48,214 bases of DNA from Oscillospiraceae bacterium (lineage in GTDB: Bacteria > Bacillota > Clostridia > Oscillospirales > Ruminococcaceae): the NCBI GenBank assembly GCA_900757485.1, contig CAAEOA010000050.1, positions 1 through 48,214 of the forward strand. Reading direction: 5' to 3'. Each line of letters opens with the position of its first letter. The first letter of the stretch is position 1. Of the stretch, positions 7,716-16,632 are shown one piece after another. The notes under the pieces are model-generated. The model saw only the letters and a program-made list of their open reading frames with translations. It was not told where the DNA came from and did not search any database. Position numbers and translations under genes: made by a program.

Positions 7716-8783
7716 TTATGTCCTCCGAATTTTCACGGTAAATGTAGTACCAACGCCAACAATGCTTTCTACGCCGATTTCACCCTGCAAAATATCAATT
7801 ACTCTTTTAACAAGAGCAAGTCCCAGACCGTTGCCTTGAACGGAATGGGAGGTGTCGCCCTGATAAAACTTCTCGAAAATGTGTGCACCTACTTCTGCGG
7901 TCATTCCACAGCCTGTATCCTTCACTTTGACGATGGCGTGATGTTCGGTGGCTGTAAGCTGTAGCGATACCGAGCCGCCCTCCTCGGTGAATTTGAAAGC
8001 ATTGGAAAAAAGATTATTCCACACAAGAGAAAGAAGTTCAGCATCCGCCTCCACCTTAATATCTTCCGCAATATCGGTGTCTATCTCAATATTCTTCTTT
8101 TCCCACACATTTTCAAATTGCAATAAGCATTCACAAAGCTGTTCTCCTAAATCAAACGTAGTGGTTTCGGGAAAAATCTGCTGATTCTCAAGACGATTTA
8201 GCTTCAGAATATTGGTCATCATTTCAGAAAGACGGCGTGAAGCATCGGTTACGCCCTTAGCATACTCTATGCGCTTTTCTTCGTTCAAATCAGGGGCCTG
8301 CAGAAGTGTTCCGTAATTGTTGATTACAGCAAGGGGCGTTTTCATTTCGTGGGATACGTTAGCAATAAAATCGGTACGCAGGGTTTCCACACTGGATAGT
8401 TCTTCTGCCATTTGGTTTATTGCCATAACAATCTGATTAAAGCCCTCCATGCCGGAGCTTTGCATGGGTTTAATGCGAACGGAAAAATCACCGGACATGA
8501 TCTTTTCGGTTGCTTCTGTAATGATTTTAGTTGGACGCTCAACCATAATTTTGCGTCGAATATAATCTGCAAATTTGAAAAGAAATGTAATTAAAATTAC
8601 GTTCCAAAAGGTTACCTTTGCGGCAGTGCCAACATTGTCGGGAGTGATTGTAAGCTCCATAGTATCTGCCAATATGCTAACAAACAGCATCATGCAGCAG
8701 GACACGATAAATCCCACTGTTAAGAAGAACAACAAAAAGCTACTAACCGATCCCAATACATCTTTCAGCGTCGGTTTCTTCAT
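7716..8783 (-). CDS. Sensor histidine kinase, intramembrane-sensing type (2 TM, ~20-aa loop, HAMP, HisKA, HATPase_c)
   Basis: H-box FIANVSHEMKTPLA, N-box NLFSNAFKF, G-boxes DTGCGM and GNGLGLALV. Very short extracytoplasmic loop between TM1 and TM2. Confidence 0.9.
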   Translation of the reverse strand: MKKPTLKDVLGSVSSFLLFFLTVGFIVSCCMMLFVSILADTMELTITPDNVGTAAKVTFWNVILITFLFKFADYIRRKIMVERPTKIITEATEKIMSGDFSVRIKPMQSSGMEGFNQIVMAINQMAEELSSVETLRTDFIANVSHEMKTPLAVINNYGTLLQAPDLNEEKRIEYAKGVTDASRRLSEMMTNILKLNRLENQQIFPETTTFDLGEQLCECLLQFENVWEKKNIEIDTDIAEDIKVEADAELLSLVWNNLFSNAFKFTEEGGSVSLQLTATEHHAIVKVKDTGCGMTAEVGAHIFEKFYQGDTSHSVQGNGLGLALVKRVIDILQGEIGVESIVGVGTTFTVKIRRT

Positions 8784-9451
8784 TTGATCACCGCCTTGTA
8801 GCCAAGTCCGTGAACTGTTTTGATCTCAAAATCCTCACAGTCAGACAGCTTTGAACGAAGCTTTGTCATATACACATCAACTGCGCGGGGAGCCGTTTCG
8901 GTATCAGCATCCCAAAACTCATCCATAAGCTGCGTTCTTGTAAAGGTCTTTTTAGGATAACTAAGCAGCTTATAAAGGATGCTGAACTCACGATTGGTAA
9001 GGGAAATTTCTTCATCCCGTAAATATGCTGTATGTTCATCCGCATCCATAACAAATCCACCTATTTCAAGTTTGCGTGAGGATGCGATCTTTGCACGGCG
9101 AAGAAGTGCACCGATACGTAAAAACAACTCGTCAAGGTCGATGGGCTTTACCATATAGTCGTCTACACCGATGCGGAAGCCTCTCTGCTTGGAGGCAATA
9201 TCATCACGGGCAGTCATAAAGAGGATCGGAATGTCCTCGTTCAGCTCTCGCACATTTCTTGCAAATTCAAAACCATCCACGCCGGGCATCATAATGTCGG
9301 ATACGATAAGGTCGAACATATTCTCATAAAGCGCATCGTAAGCATCGTTTGCATTCAAACATCCGGTAGCTTCATATCCGCTGTGGTTCAAAAACGAGCA
9401 AACAGTCTTGTTCAGCTCCTTATCATCCTCTACAACCAATATCTTAAACAT
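8780..9451 (-). CDS. OmpR/PhoB-family response regulator
   Basis: MFKILVVEDD...DLIVSDIMMPGVDG receiver domain. C-terminal winged helix ...VHGLGYK. Start moved to the ATG at 9451 (GGAGG 8 nt upstream). Confidence 0.9.
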   Translation of the reverse strand: MFKILVVEDDKELNKTVCSFLNHSGYEATGCLNANDAYDALYENMFDLIVSDIMMPGVDGFEFARNVRELNEDIPILFMTARDDIASKQRGFRIGVDDYMVKPIDLDELFLRIGALLRRAKIASSRKLEIGGFVMDADEHTAYLRDEEISLTNREFSILYKLLSYPKKTFTRTQLMDEFWDADTETAPRAVDVYMTKLRSKLSDCEDFEIKTVHGLGYKAVIK

Positions 9452-9487
9452 CGTGTTACCTCCGCTTATTACTATCATTCATTATAC

Positions 9488-9521
9488 AGTATAACACCCA
9501 AATGTTAAAGTTTTGTTTATG
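9488..9521 (-). promoter_or_regulatory. Promoter of the RR-HK operon with two phased 8-bp boxes (probable autoregulation)
   Basis: -10 TATACT (rc of 9488-9493). Boxes TGTTAAAG (9503-9510) and TGTTTATG (9514-9521) are 11 bp apart. The 9-nt gap to the -10 matches the three island promoters. Confidence 0.55.
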
Positions 9522-9614
9522 TTTTGGCCTCTTTGAAAAGATTTTCAAATTTATTTTATCACTATGTAACCCCTAACTGAACAACACATATTGCTAAAAG
9601 TGTTGATTTGAAAG

Positions 9615-9649
9615 TCAAGGCAACGCCGATATTTACAGCGTTGCCTTGA
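9615..9649 (-). terminator. Stem-loop after the second ABC permease
   Basis: TCAAGGCAACGC-N11-GCGTTGCCTTGA, a perfect 12-bp stem. The U-tract is weak (CUUUC). Confidence 0.5.
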
Positions 9650-9652
9650 AAA

Positions 9653-10468
9653 TTATACCAAACTTGATTTTTTCAGCACAGCCTTACTTCCAAATCCCAA
9701 GCCGACAGCGAATATTGCACCGCCTGCGAGACAGAGAATGACGTTGATGAAGGTCGAGCCGAGAGGCGTGATCATAGAAACCATCATAAACAGGAGCATT
9801 CCTCCACCAAGAGAGCCACAGATCGAAAGCCAAGCCTTCTGCTTTGCCGCTACGCTGATAAGCGTAAAGATAGATACGAACACGAGCATAAGGAATATCT
9901 TTGCGAGCATACACATCACGATATTGCCTGCGTTAAGTCCGTGAAGGTCAAAGGATAGACCTGCCATAGCACCGCCGAGAATGGAGCCGATAAAATATGC
10001 GACCAGCATTAACCCTCCGCATATAAATCCCGAGACCGTCTTTGACACCACGTATTCGCCTCTTTTTGCACGAACGGTGAAGAGATTTTTTGCGTAACCG
10101 CTTCTAAAATCATCCGAAATAAAGAGACAAACGAACACGGCGACGAGCATAAACACCATATTGATGTTGCACATCATAAATATCTCGTTTCCACCCATTG
10201 CTTCACCGCCGGGAAGCGTTCCTATATTCTGCCACGTGTTTTCGGGGCCTTGCATAACCGTTTCCACACCTGTCTGCGGATCGACCGAAACAGAGCCGTC
10301 CATCATTGCCATCATCACGGTCATAAGTATCGGCATCACAAGAGCGCAGGCGATCAATATGTAAAACAGCTTGGATTTGAACATTCTGCGGAAGTCTACC
10401 TTCAGCATACTTCCTATGCGCTTACCGAAGCTGATCTTTTCAAATTTCATTGCATTTTCCATTTTCAT
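9653..10468 (-). CDS. ABC-2 type transporter permease (pair 2)
   Basis: 271 aa with 6 hydrophobic segments. ATGA overlap with the upstream ATPase. Paralog of 11381-12217. Confidence 0.75.
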   Translation of the reverse strand: MKMENAMKFEKISFGKRIGSMLKVDFRRMFKSKLFYILIACALVMPILMTVMMAMMDGSVSVDPQTGVETVMQGPENTWQNIGTLPGGEAMGGNEIFMMCNINMVFMLVAVFVCLFISDDFRSGYAKNLFTVRAKRGEYVVSKTVSGFICGGLMLVAYFIGSILGGAMAGLSFDLHGLNAGNIVMCMLAKIFLMLVFVSIFTLISVAAKQKAWLSICGSLGGGMLLFMMVSMITPLGSTFINVILCLAGGAIFAVGLGFGSKAVLKKSSLV

Positions 10469-11364
10469 CTGCCTCCTTTCATAAGGTCGATATAATATTC
10501 TTCAAGACCGATCTTGTCGGTTTTGATCTCCGTCACAATGATACCGTTATCGTACAGATATTTAACAATATCCTCGGGCGTGGTCAGATCATACACACGG
10601 ATATAGCCTGCTTCATCTTCTTCAACACGGGAGTACTTGCAGCCGAGGAGCATTTTCGTTCTGTTCATTTCACCGCTTTGCAATGCAACGTAGGTACGGC
10701 AGCTCGCGTCAAGCTCGTCGGCGGTCATTTCCACGAGCATTTTGCCGTGACGGATAATGCCGTAATGGGTCGCTACCTTTTGAAGCTCGCCGAGGAGGTG
10801 TGAGGACACGATAATGCTGCGCGTTCCGTCCTTTATGATGTCAAGGAACACCTCGCGCATAATTCTCATACCGTCGGCATCAAGACCGTTCAAAGGCTCG
10901 TCAAGAACGAGAAGCGTAGGATTGCCGAGCAGAGCCATCGCAATACCGACTCTCTGCTTCATACCGAGGGAGCAGTTCTTGTATTTGTTACCTGCCGCAC
11001 CCTCCATTCTTACCATTTTGAGAACTCTGATAACTTCTTGCTCCGCGTTAGGAATAGACAGATTTGCCGCTTGAAGCATCATATTGTCAAACACGGTAAG
11101 TCCCGGGAAGCAACCAGGAGCTTCGATCAAAACACCCATTTGGGCTCTTATGCTCTCGTCGGTATAGTCCTTGCCATAGAGCTTGATCGATCCGCCGCTT
11201 GTGGGAATCAGTCCGCAGATCATTTTTTCGGTGGTGGATTTTCCCGAGCCGTTCTCACCGATAAAGCCGTAGATCGCGCCCATGGGAACGGTCATATCAA
11301 GACCGCACACAGCCTGCTTGGGGCCGAAGTTTTTAGATAAATTCTTTATTTCAACTGCATTCAT
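10465..11364 (-). CDS. ABC transporter ATP-binding protein (pair 2)
   Basis: Walker A GENGSGKST, signature CSLGMKQR, Walker B LLVLDEP. Start moved to MNAVEIKNL (GGGAGG SD). Confidence 0.9.
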   Translation of the reverse strand: MNAVEIKNLSKNFGPKQAVCGLDMTVPMGAIYGFIGENGSGKSTTEKMICGLIPTSGGSIKLYGKDYTDESIRAQMGVLIEAPGCFPGLTVFDNMMLQAANLSIPNAEQEVIRVLKMVRMEGAAGNKYKNCSLGMKQRVGIAMALLGNPTLLVLDEPLNGLDADGMRIMREVFLDIIKDGTRSIIVSSHLLGELQKVATHYGIIRHGKMLVEMTADELDASCRTYVALQSGEMNRTKMLLGCKYSRVEEDEAGYIRVYDLTTPEDIVKYLYDNGIIVTEIKTDKIGLEEYYIDLMKGGR

Positions 11365-11380
11365 TGTTTCGACCTCCCAA

Positions 11381-12217
11381 TCAATATACGTCACACTTAT
11401 TCAAAAGGCGTGTGCCTGCCACGTTATAGATGACCGCCCAAGCAACCGACACAACAATGCAGATCAGCAAAGATCCGATACCGCTTGAAAGGTTGGCGTT
11501 AACCGATGCGCCGTAAAGGAAAACGTTGAGGAAGCTCGTAGGAAGCCCCAGCCCTTCGACGATCGCCGCTGCACCGATAATGAGGATACCCGTTCCAAAG
11601 AAGAAGGACGAAGCAACGGAAATGCCGAAATATCTTCTGAAGATCACGTTGAGGAAGGTATAGAGGCTTGCCCAACCGAGAGACATCACCATTTTTCCGA
11701 GAACGGCGATGACAAGCGACCCGACGTTGACCGTAGCATCGTAGCCTGCGAACATACCGCCGACAATACCGCCAATAAGATACGTTACGCACATACAAGC
11801 CATTGCAAAGGCACATACGAGAGTTTTAGAAATCATATAATCCTGTTTCTTTGCGTGAGTGGTAAAGAGCTGCTTAACGTAACCCGATTTATAGTCGTGA
11901 CCGATGAAGATCGACACCATAATACCGCCGAAAATGAAAACCATATTCATATTGGCATAGTCTGCGATTCCTTCAATCACATACAGCGACTTGGATGCAG
12001 CTATGATCTGCCATAAGTTCGAATACAAGGGGGTGCTTGCACTGCCGTCGGGTCCGGGCATCGTTGTCATTGCAGATACCATCGCAGGGATGATCGCCGC
12101 AATAGCGAGGAATATGTAAAACATAGGCGTGTGGAAGAGCCTGTAAAAGTCCACGCCGAGCATACCTTTAATTCGCTCCGAAAAACTCGGATTTTTGAAT
12201 TTGAGTTCTCTTGTCAT
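11381..12217 (-). CDS. ABC-2 type transporter permease (pair 1)
   Basis: 278-aa multi-TM protein. N-terminus KFKNPSFSERIKGMLGVDFYRLF parallels KFEKISFGKRIGSMLKVDFRRMF of pair 2. Confidence 0.75.
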   Translation of the reverse strand: MTRELKFKNPSFSERIKGMLGVDFYRLFHTPMFYIFLAIAAIIPAMVSAMTTMPGPDGSASTPLYSNLWQIIAASKSLYVIEGIADYANMNMVFIFGGIMVSIFIGHDYKSGYVKQLFTTHAKKQDYMISKTLVCAFAMACMCVTYLIGGIVGGMFAGYDATVNVGSLVIAVLGKMVMSLGWASLYTFLNVIFRRYFGISVASSFFFGTGILIIGAAAIVEGLGLPTSFLNVFLYGASVNANLSSGIGSLLICIVVSVAWAVIYNVAGTRLLNKCDVY

Positions 12218-12218
12218 T

Positions 12219-13121
12219 TCATTTATCCTCCTTTGCCGACATCAGCTCAATGTAGTATTCTTCAAGACCGACTTTGTTCTTTTTGATTTCGCTGACAACG
12301 TGACCGTTCTTCATCAAATAATCAACAATTGCGGCGGTATCATCCTCGTCGAAGATTCTTATACATCCGTCTTCTGAGCGAACGTCTGCAAATTTCTCTG
12401 CAAGCACCTTGTATGTATTGTCGAGATCCTTGGTTTTGAGCGTGGTAAACACCTGTGCTCTTGAATCCATTTCTTCAGCAGAGAGTTCCATAATCATCTT
12501 GCCCTGACGGATGATACCATAGTGGGTTGCGATCTTTTCAAGTTCCCCGAGAATATGGGAAGAAATAAGAACAGTACAGCCGTAGGTCTTTGTAATATCC
12601 ACAAGGATTTCACGCATAATGCGCATACCGTCGGTATCAAGACCGTTAATAGGCTCGTCCAAAATGAGCAAAGCAGGATCGCCAAGCAGAGCCATGGCAA
12701 TGCCGATACGCTGCTTCATACCGAGAGAGCATTTCTTGAATTTGAGGTTTACGTTATCTTCCATGCGCACGATCTCAAGCACACGGTGGATTTCCTCGTC
12801 TGCGTTCTCGATACCGAGATTGATGCATTGCATCATAAGGTTCTGATACACGGACGAACCGGGAAAACAGCCTGCGTTCTCGATAAGCGCGCCAACTCTG
12901 ACGCGGACTCCGGGATCGGTGTGCTTGCGGTCAAACAGCTTGATATTGCCCTCGTCGGCAATGAGATGACCACACAATAGTTTCATTGTCGTGGATTTGC
13001 CGCTGCCGTTCTCACCGATAAAACCGTAAATACTACCTACGGGAACGGTCATATTGAGATGATCAACAGCATACATCCCACGAAAGCTCTTTGAAAGATT
13101 TCTGATTTCAATCGCATTCAT
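12219..13121 (-). CDS. ABC transporter ATP-binding protein (pair 1)
   Basis: Walker A GENGSGKST, signature CSLGMKQR, Walker B LLILDEP. Clear paralog of 10465-11364. Confidence 0.9.
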   Translation of the reverse strand: MNAIEIRNLSKSFRGMYAVDHLNMTVPVGSIYGFIGENGSGKSTTMKLLCGHLIADEGNIKLFDRKHTDPGVRVRVGALIENAGCFPGSSVYQNLMMQCINLGIENADEEIHRVLEIVRMEDNVNLKFKKCSLGMKQRIGIAMALLGDPALLILDEPINGLDTDGMRIMREILVDITKTYGCTVLISSHILGELEKIATHYGIIRQGKMIMELSAEEMDSRAQVFTTLKTKDLDNTYKVLAEKFADVRSEDGCIRIFDEDDTAAIVDYLMKNGHVVSEIKKNKVGLEEYYIELMSAKEDK

Positions 13122-13134
13122 AAATTTTACTCCT

Positions 13135-14697
13135 TTATAGCATTGGTGCGAATATTCTGACTACTGCTCGGATAAACCTTTGCAGCAGATTTGTTTTCAG
13201 CATATCCTTTGTAACTTCAATACTTTTGTTTAAGATATCCTCAATATCGGCTTTTAAATCTTTGATTGACTCACAGCCATACATCCACACACCGTTTTCA
13301 AAGTGATGGACAAGACTGCGGTAATCTAAGTTGATGGTTCCGATCATCGCTTGGTTATCATCTGAAAGATAGCTTTTGGCGTGAATAAAGCCGGGTTCGT
13401 ATTCATAAATTCGCACCCCTGCCGCCATCAGTCTGTGGTAAAAGCTTTGTGTCATACCAAAGACAAGCTTTTTGTCGGGAATATGCGGGACAACAATGCG
13501 GACATCTACGCCACGCAAAGCAGCATTTTCTATGCTTTGACACAGATCATTGTCGATGATAAGATACGGTGTTGTCATCCACATATACCGAGTAGCACTG
13601 TTCAGCATATTCTGAATTACACTCTTGCCAACTCTGCGATTGTACAGAGGATGTGGGCCATCGCCGAAAGGAATGACATACCCTTGTTCTTTTATCTCTG
13701 TTTTGGGATACAGGTCATCACGGATGTTCGGCATTTTTCTCACGTTGATACCGAAGTCCACAAGGAACAGCTTTGTCAATTCCTGTACTGCTTCGCCTTC
13801 CAAACGAATGGCAGTATCCTTCCAATGACCGTACTTCACAATCTCATTGATATATTCGTCAGCAATATTAACGCCGCCTGTATATCCGATTTTTCCGTCT
13901 ATAACTGTGATTTTACGATGGCTGCGGTTATTGAACTCACTGTCTGCGTTGCCTTTCAATCTTGAAAAGGGTGTTGCCTCAATGCCGTAGGATTTCAGCG
14001 TTTTGTGGTAATTGCCGGGGAGCGTCATCATACAGCCGATGTCATCGTATAAGACTTTAACCTCAACACCGGCAGCAGCTTTTCTTCTCAGAATCTCCAA
14101 TATGGAGTTCCAAAACTTGCCTTCTTCAATGATGAAGTATTCCATATAGATGAACTTTTCAGCGGTTTCCAAGTCTTCAATCAAACGGTGATGCATATCT
14201 TCGCCAAGGGGAAAATACTCCTGCTTGGTATCGGTAAATAAATGCGCTTCGCCAATACCTGTCAGCATCTTTGCCTGAGAAGCAACTGCGGGATTTTCTT
14301 TCTTGAGAGTCGAAAACAACTCGCTGTCATCCTGCTTATAACCCTGACTTTTTAAGGCATCCAGCCGCTTTACAAATCGCTTCTGCAATTTTCTGGAATA
14401 AAACATAAAATACAGCATGAAGCCGGCGATGGGGATAATCAGCACGAATAGCAGCCACGGTACTTTGTAATCGGGATTGTCATCGGAAGCAATAATGCGA
14501 ATCACGCAAAAGATTTCCGTTGCCCAGGCTGCAAGATAAAAGTACGGCACATAATAGCAAAGAGCGCCCAGAATACCAATAACAGCAAGAACCTCAAAAA
14601 GCGTAATCAAAACGGCAAGTATGTATCGAACAGGGATATAAGAATACTCCCGTTCCCTCTGTTTTTGACCGTCAAAATAGCTGTATTTTCGTTTCAT
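13135..14697 (-). CDS. cls: Cardiolipin synthase (PLD superfamily, two HKD motifs)
   Basis: N-terminal 2 TM. HKD motifs HRKITVIDGKIGYTGG and HAKSYLSDDNQAMIGTINLD. Typical length of 520 aa. Confidence 0.9.
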   Translation of the reverse strand: MKRKYSYFDGQKQREREYSYIPVRYILAVLITLFEVLAVIGILGALCYYVPYFYLAAWATEIFCVIRIIASDDNPDYKVPWLLFVLIIPIAGFMLYFMFYSRKLQKRFVKRLDALKSQGYKQDDSELFSTLKKENPAVASQAKMLTGIGEAHLFTDTKQEYFPLGEDMHHRLIEDLETAEKFIYMEYFIIEEGKFWNSILEILRRKAAAGVEVKVLYDDIGCMMTLPGNYHKTLKSYGIEATPFSRLKGNADSEFNNRSHRKITVIDGKIGYTGGVNIADEYINEIVKYGHWKDTAIRLEGEAVQELTKLFLVDFGINVRKMPNIRDDLYPKTEIKEQGYVIPFGDGPHPLYNRRVGKSVIQNMLNSATRYMWMTTPYLIIDNDLCQSIENAALRGVDVRIVVPHIPDKKLVFGMTQSFYHRLMAAGVRIYEYEPGFIHAKSYLSDDNQAMIGTINLDYRSLVHHFENGVWMYGCESIKDLKADIEDILNKSIEVTKDMLKTNLLQRFIRAVVRIFAPML

Positions 14698-14758
14698 TAA
14701 GCCACCTCATAAAATGCCGAAAAGCGAGACGGCAAAATGCCGTTTCGCTCGTTCGGTC

Positions 14759-15247
14759 TTATTCTTCTGTCACAGTAACGGTATACTTGCCGTCCAGACC
14801 TTTGCTCTTCAGAAATGCGTTAAATTCGTCTTCCAGAGAGGAAGCAGTTACTTCGGAGGTCACTGCGCCAGGCTTACCAAGAGTGTTAGCATGAGCAACG
14901 GCTGCCTGAGTATGTGCCTTTGTTTTGGCGATCTGCGCTGCGGTGTTGACCGGAGCCTCGGACATACCTTTCTTGATGTTTTCAACAATCAGCTTATACT
15001 TTGCCTTGATGCCCTTAGTGCGAAGGAATTCTGCAAACTCTTTGTTATCCTCTGCTGACTGTGCTTTAACAGCTTCAAACTCGGCAACGTCAGCAGCGTG
15101 CTGCTTCTTCGCGGACTCGCTCATATTGTTGAATGCCAGCTTGAACTTGGCAGCAATACCCTTGGTGTGGAGGAATGCAGCAAACTGCTCGTTCAGCTCC
15201 AGCATCTCCTGTTCGATTTCCTGCTCGGTCTTAATTCTGTTTTCCAT
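14759..15247 (-). CDS. Hypothetical protein with three F-x-x-F-L-x-[TS]-K-G motifs
   Basis: EQFAAFLHTKGIAAKFKL, KEFAEFLRTKGIKAKYKL and DEFNAFLKSKGLDGKYTV are read in the translation. Confidence 0.6.
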   Translation of the reverse strand: MENRIKTEQEIEQEMLELNEQFAAFLHTKGIAAKFKLAFNNMSESAKKQHAADVAEFEAVKAQSAEDNKEFAEFLRTKGIKAKYKLIVENIKKGMSEAPVNTAAQIAKTKAHTQAAVAHANTLGKPGAVTSEVTASSLEDEFNAFLKSKGLDGKYTVTVTEE

Positions 15248-15270
15248 TGTTGATATCTCCTTTATAAAAT

Positions 15271-15636
15271 TTATTTACTCATAATCTTGTCGCTGAGCTT
15301 TACGATCTTATCAGCGTATTTCTTGCGGCGTGAGGACATGATACGCTTGTAGATGGGATAGTTGATGATTGCCATAAGCATACCTACAATTCCGATTGCA
15401 ATACCGGGAATCATAGGATCAGCAATACCGATTGTTGCACCGATGTCTGTCATAACAAGGCTCATACCTGCACCCATAATGATGGCGCTGATACTGCCAA
15501 ATACATAAGAAAAGACATTGGCCGGTCTTTTTACCTTTGCATCCAGTTCACGTAAAGCATCCATTTCGGTGCTTTCCTTTTCGGTGTACTGACTGCGAAT
15601 CTTCTGTACGAGAAATTCCTGATCGTTTCTATTCAT
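15271..15636 (-). CDS. Small 2-TM hairpin membrane protein, paralog C
   Basis: Same architecture as 6418-6825 and 15726-16115 (GMSLVMTDIG versus GMSLAMTDLG; YPIYKRI versus YPLYNRI). Confidence 0.7.
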   Translation of the reverse strand: MNRNDQEFLVQKIRSQYTEKESTEMDALRELDAKVKRPANVFSYVFGSISAIIMGAGMSLVMTDIGATIGIADPMIPGIAIGIVGMLMAIINYPIYKRIMSSRRKKYADKIVKLSDKIMSK

Positions 15637-15669
15637 TTTGATTACCCCTTTTCAATTTGTTGTAGGCAC

Positions 15670-15714
15670 ATTATACCGTGCCGATGTTTTTGAAAGTTTT
15701 GAAAATTGTTTGAG
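15670..15714 (-). promoter_or_regulatory. Promoter P1 with three phased 8-bp boxes (candidate response-regulator-dependent)
   Basis: -10 TATAAT (rc of 15670-15675). Boxes at 15685, 15696 and 15707 (TGTTTTTG, GTTTTGAA, TGTTTGAG on the plus strand), 11-bp period. No good -35. Confidence 0.6.
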
Positions 15715-15725
15715 TTTTATTAAAA

Positions 15726-16115
15726 TCACTCTGTTTTTTCGCCGGTAAGTTCTGCCGTGAGTTCAAGGATTCTCGGCGCATATTTTTCTTTGGTCGCGCT
15801 GAATACCTTGCGGTACACGGGGTATGCCACGAGCATTCCTGCCATACCTACGATGCCGATCAGAACTCCAATGATCATCATTACCAGTCCACTTCCGATT
15901 ACCTGCATCGCAAGGCAAAGTCCCAACCCGAAGATTAACGCACCCCCAATACCGGCGCATAAGGATTCAACCATTCCCGAAGCCTGAACTGTTTCATCAA
16001 GACGCTTTAGCTCTTCCAATTTGCTTTCGCTTTTGGGAAGGTATTTTTTTCTGATTGCCTGTACTTCTGCATTTTCTTTAGCAGAGTATTTATAGCTGAA
16101 AGTATTTTCCATCAT
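15726..16115 (-). CDS. Small 2-TM hairpin membrane protein, paralog B
   Basis: FSYKYSAKENAEVQAIRKKY matches FNYTYSAKQQEEIKAIRKKY of paralog A. Central TM hairpin. SD GGAGG. Confidence 0.7.
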   Translation of the reverse strand: MMENTFSYKYSAKENAEVQAIRKKYLPKSESKLEELKRLDETVQASGMVESLCAGIGGALIFGLGLCLAMQVIGSGLVMMIIGVLIGIVGMAGMLVAYPVYRKVFSATKEKYAPRILELTAELTGEKTE

Positions 16116-16141
16116 TTTGATTTCCTCCGAAAGAACAGCGA

Positions 16142-16447
16142 TTATTTTTCACCGTTCAGTCTTTTCTTTGCATCCTCTACAGTTTCGCCGTCTTTGGCAA
16201 AGAACTTTTCGACACACTTGTCAGTCACCTTACCGAAGCCGTCAACAACACCTGTTTCGATTTTCTTGTAGCCGCTGACTACACCGTCCTCAATCTTCTT
16301 ATAACCGGTAACAACCGCGTTCTCGATCTTTTTGTAACCACTGACCGCACCTTCTACTGCGACTTCTGCAACTTCTTTTGCCAGTTCCGGGTCTACACCG
16401 GACATATCGTGCTCTCTTGCCATCATTTCCATCTGCTTGTTATTCAT
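16142..16447 (-). CDS. Small soluble protein with four 11-residue repeats
   Basis: VSGYKKIENAV/VTGYKKIEDGV/VSGYKKIETGV/VDGFGKVTDKC. Start moved to MNNKQ (GGAG SD), because the track start overlaps the -10 box. Confidence 0.6.
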   Translation of the reverse strand: MNNKQMEMMAREHDMSGVDPELAKEVAEVAVEGAVSGYKKIENAVVTGYKKIEDGVVSGYKKIETGVVDGFGKVTDKCVEKFFAKDGETVEDAKKRLNGEK

Positions 16448-16481
16448 CGTAATAATCTCCTTTTCTTGATTTTGTGTCCTC

Positions 16482-16526
16482 ATTATACCTTTCGGTTGTT
16501 TGAGAGTTTTTTGAGAAATGTTTGAG
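16482..16526 (-). promoter_or_regulatory. Promoter P2 with three phased 8-bp boxes
   Basis: -10 TATAAT (rc of 16482-16487). Boxes TGTTTGAG (16497), TTTTTGAG (16508) and TGTTTGAG (16519). Confidence 0.6.
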
Positions 16527-16587
16527 TTTTGTTAATTTTGAAATTTCTTTCGCAATGCTTATTGCGCTTTCATCACCGTACAAGCGA

Positions 16588-16632
16588 ATTATATACTGTC
16601 AATGTTTTTGCAGTGTTTGAGAAATGTTTAAG
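16588..16632 (-). promoter_or_regulatory. Promoter P3 (tandem duplicate of the P1/P2 design)
   Basis: -10 TATAAT (rc of 16588-16593). Boxes TGTTTTTG (16603), TGTTTGAG (16614) and TGTTTAAG (16625). The ~55 bp are near-identical in layout to P1. Confidence 0.55.
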
